The notes beneath the pieces were generated by a model. The model ran no database searches. It was not told the origin of the DNA and saw only the letters and a program-made list of their open reading frames with translations. Positions 12,045 to 24,418 of a stretch of 64,000 nt of DNA are shown here, one piece after another. Positions within the stretch are counted from its first letter, which is position 1, and every line of letters starts with the position of its first letter. A program made the position numbers and the translations under genes. This DNA is from Podarcis liolepis (taxonomy: Eukaryota): assembly GCA_965112155.1 (NCBI GenBank), contig OZ218103.1; one strand, 5' to 3'.

Positions 12045-12978
12045 CAGTGTTTCCCAACCGGTGTTCCGCGGCACACTAGTGTGCCGTGAGATGTTGCCTG
12101 GTGTGCCGCGAGATGTTGCCTGGAGGGAGGCGGGCGAGGGCGTTTGCTTCCCGGAGGACTTGTGGGAAGCCGCCCCTTCCCTGGGCGACGCGCGGCCTCG
12201 CGACTCCGGAGTCAGTCCCGAGGGCTCTCGGAGGGACTCGCGAGCGACGGCGCGGCGGCTCCGGGGCGCGCTCAGCCGGGCCGCCGCGCGCCCCCGCGCA
12301 GCCCCTGCTGCAGCTGCCCGGCGTGGAGCGCGACGCGGAGCCGGCCGGGCTTGGAGGCGCCCAGGTAGGGCCGAGCCGGGCGGGGGCGGGGAGGTCTCGG
12401 TCTGCTGCGGGCGCAGGAGGGCGAGCGGGAGAGGGGGAGCCGTCGGGTCTCCTGGAAGGAAGCGAGGCGGCGGCTGAGGGGGATGCAGCCCCGTCCCCAG
12501 CAACAGGCGCTCCTCGAAGTGAGGCCACAAGTCGGGGCTCGGACAGGGCCTGGAAGCAGCGGCTCCGGCTCTTGGGAGCGGAGAAGGGGACTTCGAAAGC
12601 GGCCTGGAGGAGAAAAGCCCCGATGCAGCAAGAGCGGGGAGCGTGCTGCCTTGTCCAGGCCTCCTCGCTTTGTGCCGTCCGCTGTCGGGAGCAGGACACG
12701 GGGGCTCCTCGTTCGCATGCTTTCCCGGGTGATCGGTGAGGGTTAGGGTTAGGGTTAGGGTCCCTCAGTCCCTCGCTTTGCTGCCTCCTCCCCCCCCCAC
12801 CCCCAAAGCTTGGAGGTTCCCCGGCAAGGGGGAGGGGAAAAATTGAAAGTTACACTTTCGTGCGTCCCTCCCGGCGTGACGCTGCGCGCTGACGTCACGG
12901 GGCTGTAATGGTGGTGTGCCTCGAGATTTTTTTCATCAAACAAGTGTGCCTTTGCCCAAAAAAGGTTGGGAAACACTG
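12045..12978. mobile_element. Non-autonomous hAT DNA transposon carrying GC/CpG-rich cargo
   Basis: perfect 15-bp TIR CAGTGTTTCCCAACC / GGTTGGGAAACACTG; perfect 8-bp TSD CTCTAGCG (12037-12044, 12979-12986); subterminal GTGTGCC motifs at both ends; no transposase. Confidence 0.93.
12737..12760 (+). repeat. Short interstitial telomeric repeat TGAGGG(TTAGGG)3 inside the hAT element
   Basis: read directly from the sequence. Confidence 0.9.
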
Positions 12979-13347
12979 CTCTAGCGGCTCCCCTAGTAAT
13001 CACATACAGAGCATGAGTCGTCTTCATGCTGCAGCACTGAAATTGCATTGCTGCCAATACTTTGCTTCCATTTTCAAGGGCCTGGACAAATCAAGGTTAT
13101 AAGAATAGGGAGCAACAGCCATTCTCTTTGTTGTATTTGGGCCGGACACTGTAATATTTGGGATAGAATTTCTGCATAAGGGAGATCTAAAAGTCTCCCC
13201 CCCCCCTTCCAACCCCTGATACTTTCAAAGAGCTTCTCTGCTAGACAGTCAGCTTTTGTGAAGCTCTTGAAGGTAACTTTTCCCATCTTCTCCCCATTGC
13301 ATGACAAATATCCCCTCTCCCAGCACCATTTTGCTTATAGCCTAATG

Positions 13348-13482
13348 CAGGCATAGGCAGACTAGGCCCTCCAGATGTTTTGGGACTATAACTCCTATCA
13401 TCCCTAGATAACAGGACCATCAACAGGGATGATGGGAGTAGTAGTCCCAAAACATCTGGAGGGCCGAGTTTGCCTGTGCGTG
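13348..13482. mobile_element. Palindromic hAT MITE
   Basis: TIR caggcataggcagact / agtttgcctgtgcgtg; 8-bp TSD GCCTAATG (13340-13347, 13483-13490). Confidence 0.88.
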
Positions 13483-14857
13483 GCCTAATGTGCCTAAGCA
13501 GCCAGGAACATGTAATTGTTCTTTGTTTTAGAAATTTTGTATCTTGGGAAACTTTATAGGTTCAAAATGGTACAAATGTGGGTTATATGATGATATTGGC
13601 CTTCTTATAGCCATCCGTTTTCTCCATGTTTCTTTCAAAGTAGAATCATGCCTTATCAGAAAATTCTCTTTAAGCCACACAAGGAATTCTTCAGAAGTAG
13701 GTGTTTAACTGCTGCCCTAAGGCAAGACTGTTCTGTGTCATCTGTGGACCTCCCTCTGTAAATGTGTGGGGCTGTAGCATCTGCCAGTACTAACTGGGAT
13801 TTTTGGTGGGTTCTCTTTTGATAATAGGCAATCTAAGGCTGTTTAAAGATAGTAACTTCAAAGACTTGATGTTGCTATCATTGCCCATAGCACACACACA
13901 CATTATTTCTGGTCAAACATGTTTTGCAGGTTTTTGAAGTGCTTCAAGAAATACTTTGAAAGAGCCAAAACTGGCCTCTGAGCACCGTGATCAGTACTGC
14001 CACAATAATATTAAAATATTTTTTATAATGCAGTCCCCCAGTTTCCCTCTCCACCTCATTTAAGAACACTTTTCCACTTTAAAACTTAATTAGGGGTGGA
14101 TATTTTTAGACCAGAAGCTGCTTCTGGTGCCGTCTGGTCAGTTTCACAAGTCATTGACTAGTACAGGGCTCAAGTAAGTGACTGGAATTAGAAATTGGGG
14201 GCAGGCATTCTCTTTCTCCTTCCCCTCCAACTTCCATTATTGCAATTGCTGAACAAGGCTTGGGTTACAGTAATAGTAAAAGGGAGATTTACACCCATTA
14301 CTCTACAGAAAAGTATCACAATGCAGCCTAAAATATGTGGCCTAAGCTAACTCCTGTCAGTCATCTCCAATTTGACCCTGGGGGATAATGCCCTGCAGTT
14401 CCAGGATGTCATAGGAGCTTTCATGCTTTTGTATGACTGACACAAGCAGAACTGATGCATTCCCCCCCTCTCTCTTAAATCTGCTTTTTATTAAATATGA
14501 CAACTTGCTTCCAAAAATAAATGAATTAAAACAATTAATATCCCAAAGTCTCTAAACTTACAAATGTTACAGGAGCTTACAAGGAAACAGGTCTAGGCTC
14601 CTAGGAGGAAATTCTCCTGAGATAATGATCTTTTCTATGGGGTAACCAATCTTTACTGATGGCAATAGTCATTCAAAGTAGTTTGGGTCTGCAGCCTAAA
14701 TTGTAGTAGTAAGGATCACATTAAAAAAAATATTCTCTGGTTAGAAAGACTGTGTGAAAAGTACTTACGGTATTTTATTTGTACTTAAAAAAATTATATA
14801 CTGCTAGATTGTAGTAAAATCTCTAAGCAGTTTATAAGAAATAGTAAAATCATCAAT

Positions 14858-15085
14858 TGTTGTTGTTGTTTAGTCATTTAGTCATGTCCAACTCTTCGTG
14901 ACCCCATGGACCAGAGCACGCCAGGCACTCCTGTCTTCCACTGCCTCCTGCAGTTTGGTCAAACTCATGTTAGTAGCTTCGAGAACACTGTGCAACCATC
15001 TCACCCTCTGCCATCCCCTTCTCCTTGTGCCCTCAGTCTTTCCCAACATCAGGGTCTTTTCCAGGGTGTCTTCTCTTCTCATCAA
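14858..15085 (-). mobile_element. BovB/RTE LINE 3' end, inserted in an older AT-rich LINE tail
   Basis: minus ORF LEKTLMLGKTEGTRRRGWQRVRWL...WRALVHGVTKS; (CAA)n tail; TSD TAAAATCATCAAT (14845-14857, 15086-15098). Confidence 0.9.
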
Positions 15086-17471
15086 TAAAATCATCAATAA
15101 AAGCAGATAAATGCAATTAAAACATTTTAAAATAATTAGAATTAACAGTTCAAAAGATTAAAATGTGTCAGCATTTATTTGTCTGGGTAGACTTACATAA
15201 ATGAAACTTTCAAGCCAGTGGTGCAAAGAGTTCCCTGGGAAGAGGAATTTCTTGTTAAAGCATTCTGGAAATTGTAGTTGTGTGAGGAGAAATGTTTAAA
15301 ATAGTATAATACTTCTTTAAATGTTTAATGCACATGGGACCTTATATTTTGTACTCTGGGAAGCAGGGTGCAGCATTTATGTTCATGTCAATTTATTCGT
15401 CTCACTGAGTGTTACAGACATATTTTTTAACTTGGTAGTTTCTGTGCTGCAATTTCTGGGATTGGAAATTCTCACCCTTTCCTCCATTTTTAATAATGTA
15501 ACTTTAAGGAGAAATCACAGATTTTAGCAGCTGTGGCTTTTCATGTGGTTATGTAAGGCAGTGTGCATGCAACTTTAGATAAGACGCTTTAAAGTTCCAT
15601 TTCAACTACTCATATATTGCACCCACAAAAAGCTGTCATATAAGTGGCAAAACCATCATTTACTTGGGCTCTGTCTTGGGACAATTGCTGGCTCTGTTCT
15701 GATAAAATGTAGAAGTCTTGTGTCAGAATGAATATGCTGTTATGAGCAAAAAGAACAGGTCATATTAGGACATGCTGCGGCATTTAATTTCTGTGGAAGC
15801 AAAAAAGCAGTGTGCAAATTTAGTATCCCCTCAGTGCAAGTGAGCTCCTGTTAGGGATCACTCTGGCTCCCACTCTGGGCCCTGGGCAAAGACAGTCGGT
15901 GTCTCCCCTTCCGAATACCTTGGAGGGGATGCTACATGTGATTAGCACAAAGACTCCAGTTCTGGTGGCTTTGCCTGATGTTTCCTGGGGTAAAGGAGAA
16001 AGCACTTTGTTGTTTTGGGACTTAAGTCAATCCTGTGTGAGGGATGGTAGCGGAGAGTTTATTATCTGGTCTCATTTCCCCCCTGCCTCCAGTAGTAAAC
16101 CGCTTTCATATCAGGTCTTTTAATTATTTTTAATAGATGTATTCTAAACTGTCGATCTTGACTTTCACTACAGTGAACACTCAATTTAGTAGCTCCCCCA
16201 CCCTTTAAATTGCCATATACTAATGTAAGGGACAGAGAGGTGATGGCTCGGGTACTTGTCCATATTGTTTTGACATTTACGTCCAGCCTAATGCTCTTCA
16301 CATACTTCAGAAACAAACTTGCTGGTACTTATAGTCTGCTGACATGTAAGATGTGCTTATAAGGGGGAAGGAAACAAATTGGCATAAATTGAAATAATCC
16401 CGACTCCTTACCTCTTACTGTCCAGATTCTCCAGAGTGAGTATGTTAAAGCTTGGGATATGCAAATAAACTGTTCAAACCTTCTGACAAGCGATAGTATT
16501 GCTTCTAGAGTTGTATCTTTTGGGACGTTGTGAAGACACTGTTTCCTGTTTGCAGCAGTTAGTAACATGAATGAAATGTTTGTTTGATTTAGGAACTCTA
16601 GAGGTGGAGAGGAGTGCCATTCAGCAAAAATATAGAGGATCTGCACAAGGAGATACCATGCCTGCAAATTTCATTTCTGTCCGGCTTTGCAACCCAATTA
16701 CTTCTTCACTGTTCATGAGTATTTATTTAGATTCCGACACCAACCTTCAAAACAGTCTTCAGTCACACACTGTTTATTTACCCAAGTTGCTTTTTCTTTT
16801 TATTATGAATGGTGGCTGATCTTACAGGTTCACCCCTACCTTCTTGTCTTAAGTCAGTTGGCAACTGGGATTGGCTCTCCCAATTTGGATGAGATTGCAG
16901 AACAAGTTAGTTCACTTATAAATTGCTTCCCTCAACAGAGTGTCTGGAAGCAACTTACAAGCATAGAACATGGTGACACAATTAAAAAAACAAAAACCTT
17001 ACGCCACAAAAGTTTTTTCCTCTTAAGGAAAGACACTGGCATGTTGAGCAATCTCCATGTCTTTGCCAAATGTGCTAGACAGGAAAGACTGTCACAAAAT
17101 TGCACTAGCAGTTTTAGAACATCCTGGTGGGTGTCTGTATTGTGGGAACAACAGATCTTAGTGCTCTGTAGGTGGGACTGTACCTCTGCTGGAGGCAATA
17201 TTTAGTCACCTTGAGTGACCAGACAGTAATCAAACTGCAAGCTTGTTTTGTGAGAATGAAATTCGAGTCATGGCTGTGGGGCAAGAATAATCCAAGAAAG
17301 TTCAATTGAGGAATGTTGTGTGCTTATCTTCATAAAGCCAGAGGATCTGTCACTCAGCTGTAATGAGTACAGAAGAAAGTGATTGGGGTTACAGGAGCAG
17401 CTTACCCATGTCCTTTGTGGGGCACATGTTGCAATGTGTGGTGGGATAACATTATATGGCACCATGTGGAG

Positions 17472-17707
17472 CGGCCTTCCCCAATCTGGTGCCCCCCAGA
17501 TGTTTCAGACCAGCCTTTCTCAACCTTGGCACCCTATATGTTGTTATACTACAACTCCCCTTACCACTGGACCTGCTACCTAGGGATGATGGGAGTTGTA
17601 GTCTAGCAGCATAAGGGGACTCAATATTGAGAAAGGCTGTTTTACACTAATTCCCATCAGCATGACCTGTGGTCAGGGACATCTGGAGAGAAGGCTGAGG
17701 AAGGCTG
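17472..17707. mobile_element. hAT-type palindromic MITE (17511-17639) nested in a related older MITE
   Basis: inner TIR CAGCCTTTCTCAA / TTGAGAAAGGCTG; outer ends cggccttcc / ggaaggctg with ccagatgt / acatctgg. Confidence 0.65.
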
Positions 17708-20700
17708 GTTTAGAGAGTACAGCTGAAGCTACAACCATGGGATGTTAGCTTTAGCTTTTGACATCCTCATGCCTCTTCACTTCTGTTTGATATCTGCCAC
17801 TTTGCAGGATCAAGAATTTTGACTACTTCTATTTTGGGTGATATCCCTACTCCATTGTTGAATTTACTCCCACATGGTTCTCCCACCACCCCCTTGGGTG
17901 TGTTTCAGGTAAAGCTTAACTTCAGTAAAACCAACTGCTGTTCACATGGCTGCATTTCACATAAGGTTGCTTAGAAATCAGAATGACAAAATAGCTCCAA
18001 TTGCAGATTTTTATGGGCTTATATGTTTCTTCAAGATTAGTTTATTCCAGTCTCTAATTCTGAGCAAAGGGACTGGCTGCTCTAGTTTATTTCATAAGAA
18101 CCATATGTGCTGAACAAATAAGCCACAAAAAGCTACGTGTTCTATTTTTTTCTATAAAAAGCAATTTAATGTGCTTAAATGAGTATAGTAATCTCAGGTA
18201 TGCAGAGAACAATTTTTGTGCTGAGCAGCAATAATTTGCACCCTACAGAGCTTTTTCTTCAGTTCGTGTTTTTAAAGGATCTGGAGGCCTGTGAATGTTT
18301 TATTTTATGCCCTCGGTTCTTAGCCAAGGATAATCTTCAGGAAAAGATCAGGAGTTGGGCCTTAGGTTTGTGCACCCTTTTAAACATTAAAAGAAGTGAA
18401 TGACCAGATTAGGAGATTTTATTCTGAGGGTTTCATTCTCTTTCATCTAGAACTAGTCTACATTCCAAAATGGGGATCTCCCAATTTATTGCTCACTTTC
18501 CCCTGAGGTAAGGGAATGCAAGAGCCTGTGCAAGACTGAGGCCTAATTCATTTCATTCCTGGAGGATAACTCATCCAAAGGCTGGGATGGGAATAATGTC
18601 GATGCAGGCCTTGAGATGTCCATGTAGAAGTTGCTCTTTTTGTGCAGCAGTGCAGGTCAATAGTAGAAGGATCCAAGCTCTAGAATGTAAATCCTTCTTC
18701 CCCATCTTTATCATGGTCATGGAAAAATTTGTAGAAGAATTGTTCTTGTAAGTAATATTTTACTCTCAGGTAAATTTATTAAAATAATGAGAAATTTGGG
18801 CTGTGATTCCCCAAACCACTTTAACAGAGAATACTTCCAATTAAATGGTTGGTTCTTTTAAAATGCAGGTTTTTCCAGCTGTACAAATCCCCACCCCTAG
18901 AAGAAGGCAAATGAACTCAAAGGCATTCTGTTCCTTGCTTAGACCATTTATCGGTGAAGTTTTTGCCATAGAAATCACTAGCTATTATCCACTATCCATT
19001 GATGATTTATTTTTTTATTTGCCCTAGACTAACAGGTGCAAAAACAGGAGTATTTTAAGGGTACACAAGGATGTGACAAAGTATTTCCTGCCCAAAGATG
19101 AAAGTGAAGGAGGTTCTGGCCCCCCAAAAAGAAGGGATTTTTAAATTGAGTTTGAGCAGTTTGTTTTCAATATGGAAACTGAGCACATTCTATACATATA
19201 TATTTGGCGTACGTGCCATCGGTGACACTACCTATCATTTAAGGGCTTAATAAAACACATATGCCTAAGATGTCTACTTCCTCTCCCCTCATTTTTCCAA
19301 CTGCACATTATCAACTTTCCAGCAGCACATTTTTCCAACTCTAGATTTTGTGCCAACTACACACTAAAAAAACCCTTCGTTAAATTGTGATGTTGGTCCT
19401 ACCTGAGGTAATAAAACTAAAACCTGTGGATTGCAGCCATAAAACTGCAACCATAACTTTCTTTAACAGAAGGATGTGTCCATCTTGGGGAAAGTCTGTC
19501 CGTGAGAAAGAGTTGTAATTACAGTTGTGTTTCCTTGACTATTTGTAACACAAGTGGCTTATAAATGTTGGTCTATCATATTAACACATTACCATGCTGC
19601 AATAATGGCAGTAGTGCCAACAATACTAGATTATCACCTCTTTGGGTTGAGTAGCACTTGACATTGCTCCTTAGAATCCATCTTCCTGCCTCACCTTAAA
19701 GGAGGAACACAATCTCTTCCTCTTGACATAATGTACTAGGGTAAGGGCTGTTCCATTTACCGATGCGTATAATATGGTACAGCTCTCCTGCAATTGTACC
19801 AATTCAGAACGAAGGTGTGGATAACATGATTAAATGTACTCAATGTTAAAAAAAGCTTTTCAGTGTAGGAAATTAACTCATGAGTTAGGATTTGAGATAT
19901 ACTATCTTTCCTTGTCTCCGGAGTGTTGTAGCTTAGTTCTTGGGAAGCAAATTGGGCCTTAGGACAAATGTGGTAGCTGCAGCAAATCCATTGCATCAGT
20001 TGGCCAGCTACATATTAATGCTGGAATCTTAATCCACCTACCTGGGAGCAAGCCCAACTGAATTCAGTAGGACTAACTTCTAAGTGAATATGGTTAGGAT
20101 TGTGCTATAAATAATCATTTATTAGTTTCCCCCCCTTTCCCCCACAAAAGCAATTAAAGGCTGTAGAGTAATAAATATTGAGCCATTCAAATAGTCTGCA
20201 ATTAAAATTATTGCAGCAGAATGTGGTAATTATAACATTTCCCCCTGCAGTAAACACGTATCATTCTTTCTTTCTGTAGGAAGAGACTCATGAAGTAGTT
20301 AGTTATTAAAGAAGTTAGTCTAAATAGCCTCAGGGGTAGCTTTTTGGAACACCGAGTACCTGAGATCTAGGCCAGTCAGATATTGCATTTTTTTGTGTTG
20401 CAGTGGAGACTATAAGGTTTAGCTTTGGTTTTAGTTTTTTTTATATGTGGTTTAACTGAGAATGTTAGTGGAATGCACTGTCACTGTCAATCTTGCTTTC
20501 AGGATTAAGGCCTTCAAACTTGAAAATTTTTCAAGGTTTTACATACAACAAATGCAAGGTGAATTAATATTGGGGTTGGAGTATGAGAGGCAGGGGGACT
20601 AATAATGGTCACTAAGAAAAGGGGTTGGGAGCTAAGTGAGCCCAGTGGGAGTTTTGTCCAGCTCTCTTGGCTTCTGAATTATCACCAGACATAGCATGGG

Positions 20701-20811
20701 TATTTTGGAACTGTTCTTGCAAGTGTTCATGCTGGAAATGAGCTTTTAAAAATTGCAGGTAAAGGGCAGTATATAAATTCAGTCAATCATTCAGTGCAGA
20801 TCCAATTCCTT

Positions 20812-21350
20812 ATTTGTTTTTTTTCTTTTTAAAATAATATTTATTAGGTTTTCAAGAAAAAGTGAATACATAAGTAGAATAAGTTATCTGTTGAATGCCG
20901 ATACAATTGCATTGCACTATAGTATTTCCCTCACTCAGCAAACAAACATACACAGAGCTATTATAACAAAAAAATCAATTAGTTTAATTGAGGCAAAACT
21001 AAATCCCACTTCCCCCCAACTAACAGACTTTTTGGTTCCAAGTATCTTTAAAATGTCCCGTTACCCCTCAGCAGGTAAGTGTAGCAAAGAAATAGGAATT
21101 TACATGCAAACAATAATACATACGAAAAGAGCAGTTTGGGTCAAGATGGTCACACCCTCATATAACGTGAAGAAGGAGAGAAATAGTTTTATAACTAACG
21201 AAGGTGATAAAATCATACCACTCTTCCACAAGATAAACGTTCTTTGCTTGTCCCTAATGGCTTTACAATCATTATTTTTTTAACACGTTCTTGAGCTTTT
21301 CCTATTTCAGTCTTCTTTGTTGTCTTCTGCTTCCCGACTCCTTTACCTCT
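20812..21350 (-). mobile_element. Probable L1-like 3' UTR fragment
   Basis: T-tract plus tttatt (minus-strand poly(A) and AATAAA) followed by LINE-UTR-like composition; no peptide recognised. Confidence 0.35.
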
Positions 21351-22934
21351 TATTTTTCAGTATTCAGCTGGAATGTGTTTAATCTTTTTCAAACTCCCTG
21401 AAGTGAATAGGTACTTAAAGTCCTGCTGCATGGCTTGTAGATGAGAACCTTAATTTTGTAAAAGTTTAGTTGTCAGGTCTATATGTCATAAGCCCATGCA
21501 GGCACATCCCAGAGGTCAAACTGGGGTAAGTAGGTCCTGATGCCATCTTATAGACTTGAGAGCCAATAGTCTTCCTAATATTAACAAATGCATTTAACAA
21601 TTCAGGTTTCACAATAGAAACTCATTTTATATTGATCATGTTAGTATCTCTCAGTTGATATTGGGGATAGTATGTTTTAATAGTAATAATGCTTGGTTTG
21701 GTATTAGTCTTACAGTTAACCTTTGTTTACGAAGTAAGGGCGATGCTGACTTAAGTATGCATGAGCTTCATGGATTAAAGGTCGAGGGAGAATCTAAACT
21801 GTTTCCCCCTACATGGTGTTGAAGTATTGGGATCTAAAATATTTTCTTTGCTGCTAAATACTATGCCACACCCGGTTAGGAAAGCAAATTCCAGCAGCGA
21901 AACACGTGTGAGTTCCAATGAAAATATGACATTGTGAAGATTGCTTTTGGCTTTGGGAAAAAATAAGTCTCTACCCATGGTGAAAATGGGCAGTTTTCTG
22001 CTTTCCTGGGTGAAGTCAAACTAGCAGGCCTTGAATATAGCAAGCTTTCCAGACCTTCCCCAAAACACGTGCTTGGCCGTCCACATTCCACAGCTGTGTG
22101 TGCAGGAGACGCTCTGTACCAGTCAATATTGGTGTCAGAGAGATTTGAGAGAGGATTTTCCTTTTAATGTCATCTAGAGATCACAGCACATGAACAAAGA
22201 AGATGATATTGTGAGGTCAACTGTTGAGGTTGCAGTTGGGTCCTGTCTTTTTCCCAGGGTTGTATTCCAGCCCCGTGTCATACACCATTTTGGATTCAGG
22301 CTAAGTTTGAAATTGATTTAATGCTGGAGTAATTCACTTCATTAGTAAGCTGCTTGCCATGTTTGATAATATTTTTAGACAGGACAGATTTTACTAAGCT
22401 GCAGAGTTCAGATGAGCGCCCTTAAAGCCGGTTCAGGGATTACAGTGGTAAATTCAGCAGTTGATTTCATTAGCAAGCAGTTTCCTAGATCCAAATTGTC
22501 CTTTTTAGAACTTAAAAGCCAGATCCAAATGCAACTTGTTTGTTCCTCTTTGTATTCTGAAGAAATAGTGGTGACAAATGGGAGCACTGGCCAATTTTTA
22601 GCAAATCAGTCTTTGCTCTGGATAAACAGGGACTTTTCTTGGGAGTAAATGGGAATCCACTGTTCGTCTGGAGCATTGGGAAAAGGTATGCTTATAGTTT
22701 CTATGCTTTCTCAACATAGTGGGAATTTGTTTTGACATACAGCATTTGCAAACTTTAAAGTTAGTTTGTTACCAATATGACAAACTGTAACCTGGGTTAT
22801 TGATTATTTTTGCATGATGTCTCTTGGGTTTTGAATTAGAAGTTTGACTTATGATTGCTGTCCTGATTTTTTTTTAAAAAAAGTTTCCCTGATTTGTTTT
22901 TAAATAAATGTTACATTTATGGTTTACAGCAAAG

Positions 22935-23095
22935 ACATAGGAAGCTGCCTTGTATTTAGTCAGATCATTGGTCTGTCTCACTCATATTGTCTACACTGAC
23001 TGGCACTTTCAAATGAGGCAGTTTCTGAGGACATACCTGGAGATGCTGGTTATTGAACCTGAGACCTGTATGCAAAGTAGATGCCCTGCTACTGG
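22935..23095 (-). mobile_element. tRNA-derived squamate SINE (second degraded copy at ~36460-36598)
   Basis: acataggaagctgcctt...gtcagatcattggtc...tgtctacactgactggc...attgaacctg (minus-strand B box). Confidence 0.65.
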
Positions 23096-23147
23096 GGTAT
23101 GACAGATGTCTGACATTCTAACCACCTGTTAGGACTTGCACATATAC

Positions 23148-23393
23148 TAGGGTTGCCATATTTCAAAAAGTAAACTTCCTGACACCCACAAAGTTGTTGA
23201 ACTTTTTTGGGGAAGCCTCTCCCCAAAATAGTGATTTTAAGCTTTTGGAGCTGTTTCCGCTGCTTTTCCCACCACGTTACCATACATCTAGATTTTTCCT
23301 GACATTTTGCCAATTCAGCAAAATTCCCCCGACGCCATTTTACACCCAAAAACCAGGACATGTCAGGAATTTTCCTAACATATGGCAAGCCTA
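23148..23393. mobile_element. hAT MITE
   Basis: TIR TAGGGTTGCCATAT / ATATGGCAAGCCTA; TSD ACATATAC (23140-23147, 23394-23401). Confidence 0.82.
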
Positions 23394-23400
23394 ACATATA

Positions 23401-23619
23401 CAGTGGTGCCTCGCAAGACGAAATTAATTCGTTCTGCGAGTTTTTTTGTCTTGCAAATTTTTCGTCTTGCGAAGTGTGGTTTCCCATAGGAAACGGTTTT
23501 AAGAAAAAGGAAACAAACTTGCAAGACGTTTTCGTCTTGCGAAGCGAGCCCATAGGGAAATTCGTCTTGCGAAGCAACTCAAAAAACGAAAAACTCTTTC
23601 GTCTTGCGAGGCACCACTG
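23401..23619. mobile_element. Tc1/mariner MITE, family B
   Basis: TA|CAGTGGTGCCTCGCAAGACGAAA ... TTTCGTCTTGCGAGGCACCACTG|TA (perfect 23-bp TIR); internal TTCGTCTTGCGAAG repeats. Confidence 0.9.
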
Positions 23620-24388
23620 TACCAAATGCCTCTTGCTGGATCTTCATATTAACAATAACATTGTTACCTCTGCCACCCATCTTAGTTTGTTGCCCTTTCC
23701 TTGTGCATTTCTCTGTTCTCAAAGTTTCTGTTCTGCTTTTAAGGATGTATTGCCACATATATAAACACATTCATTGTTCAGAGGCCCCGTCTAAGCCTAG
23801 ATTAACATCTTGATTTGTAGCAAATAGAGGAGTCTGGATTTTCAACTTCAGGTCTTCTACTGACCACCAAAAATCAGCAAGCCTGCATCACACATTGTGT
23901 TGGTCATTCAGTCACTTGAAGATAGCTTTCACTCACTTCTAGGTCAGCTGTACTACCAATAGTACAGAACATAATCAGCGGTAGATCCCTTCAGACACTT
24001 CTTTGTTGCTTTATAGGATCGGAACAGTTATTCTGCCTTATAGGATTGGGACAATTATGGTGCACATAGGTTTATTATGAAATTTCATATTTAAGCTACC
24101 GTTTCTCAAACTGCTTATAGTAGTATAGCCAGTCTTCCTGCCATTGTATCTTGACACCAACTTCATGAAGCAGACTGTCCAAAGGTCACTAGTAGGTTTT
24201 GTGGCTAAGCAAGGAATTGAATCTAGGTCTTGCTGTAACTGCAGACTGCTACACCACACTGAGTTACTGGCTAATGATCAAGTTTCCTTATAGATATGCT
24301 GATTAAAGGGCCTTTGCTTGGATGCCACAGAACAAAAGCACTTGAGGTATAGCTGAAAAGAGGTGGTATACACACAGACACAGACACA

Positions 24389-24418
24389 CAAACAAACAAA
24401 CAAACAAACAAACAAACA
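24389..24418. repeat. (CAAA)n microsatellite
   Basis: read directly from the sequence. Confidence 0.9.

Noticed and set aside
12290-12364. Native AHCYL1 exon 1 (the LPGV...DAE words resemble the IRBIT N-terminus)
   Set aside because: Lacks the EKYSFMATVTKAPKK block and lies inside TIRs with a TSD. The similarity is short and likely coincidental; the true exon 1 is upstream of the window.
12039-12746. Multiple long overlapping ORFs (138-217 aa) as a stand-alone gene
   Set aside because: Open in nearly all frames on both strands because of extreme GC content; no recognisable domain or transposase.
15820-17400. Cluster of 60-170 aa ORFs as a nested gene or processed pseudogene
   Set aside because: No recognisable homology, no consistent strand, and no poly(A) or TSD.
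23418-23610. CRISPR-like repeated TTCGTCTTGCGAAG units
   Set aside because: Internal repeats of a TA-flanked MITE with irregular spacing, in a eukaryote, with no cas genes.
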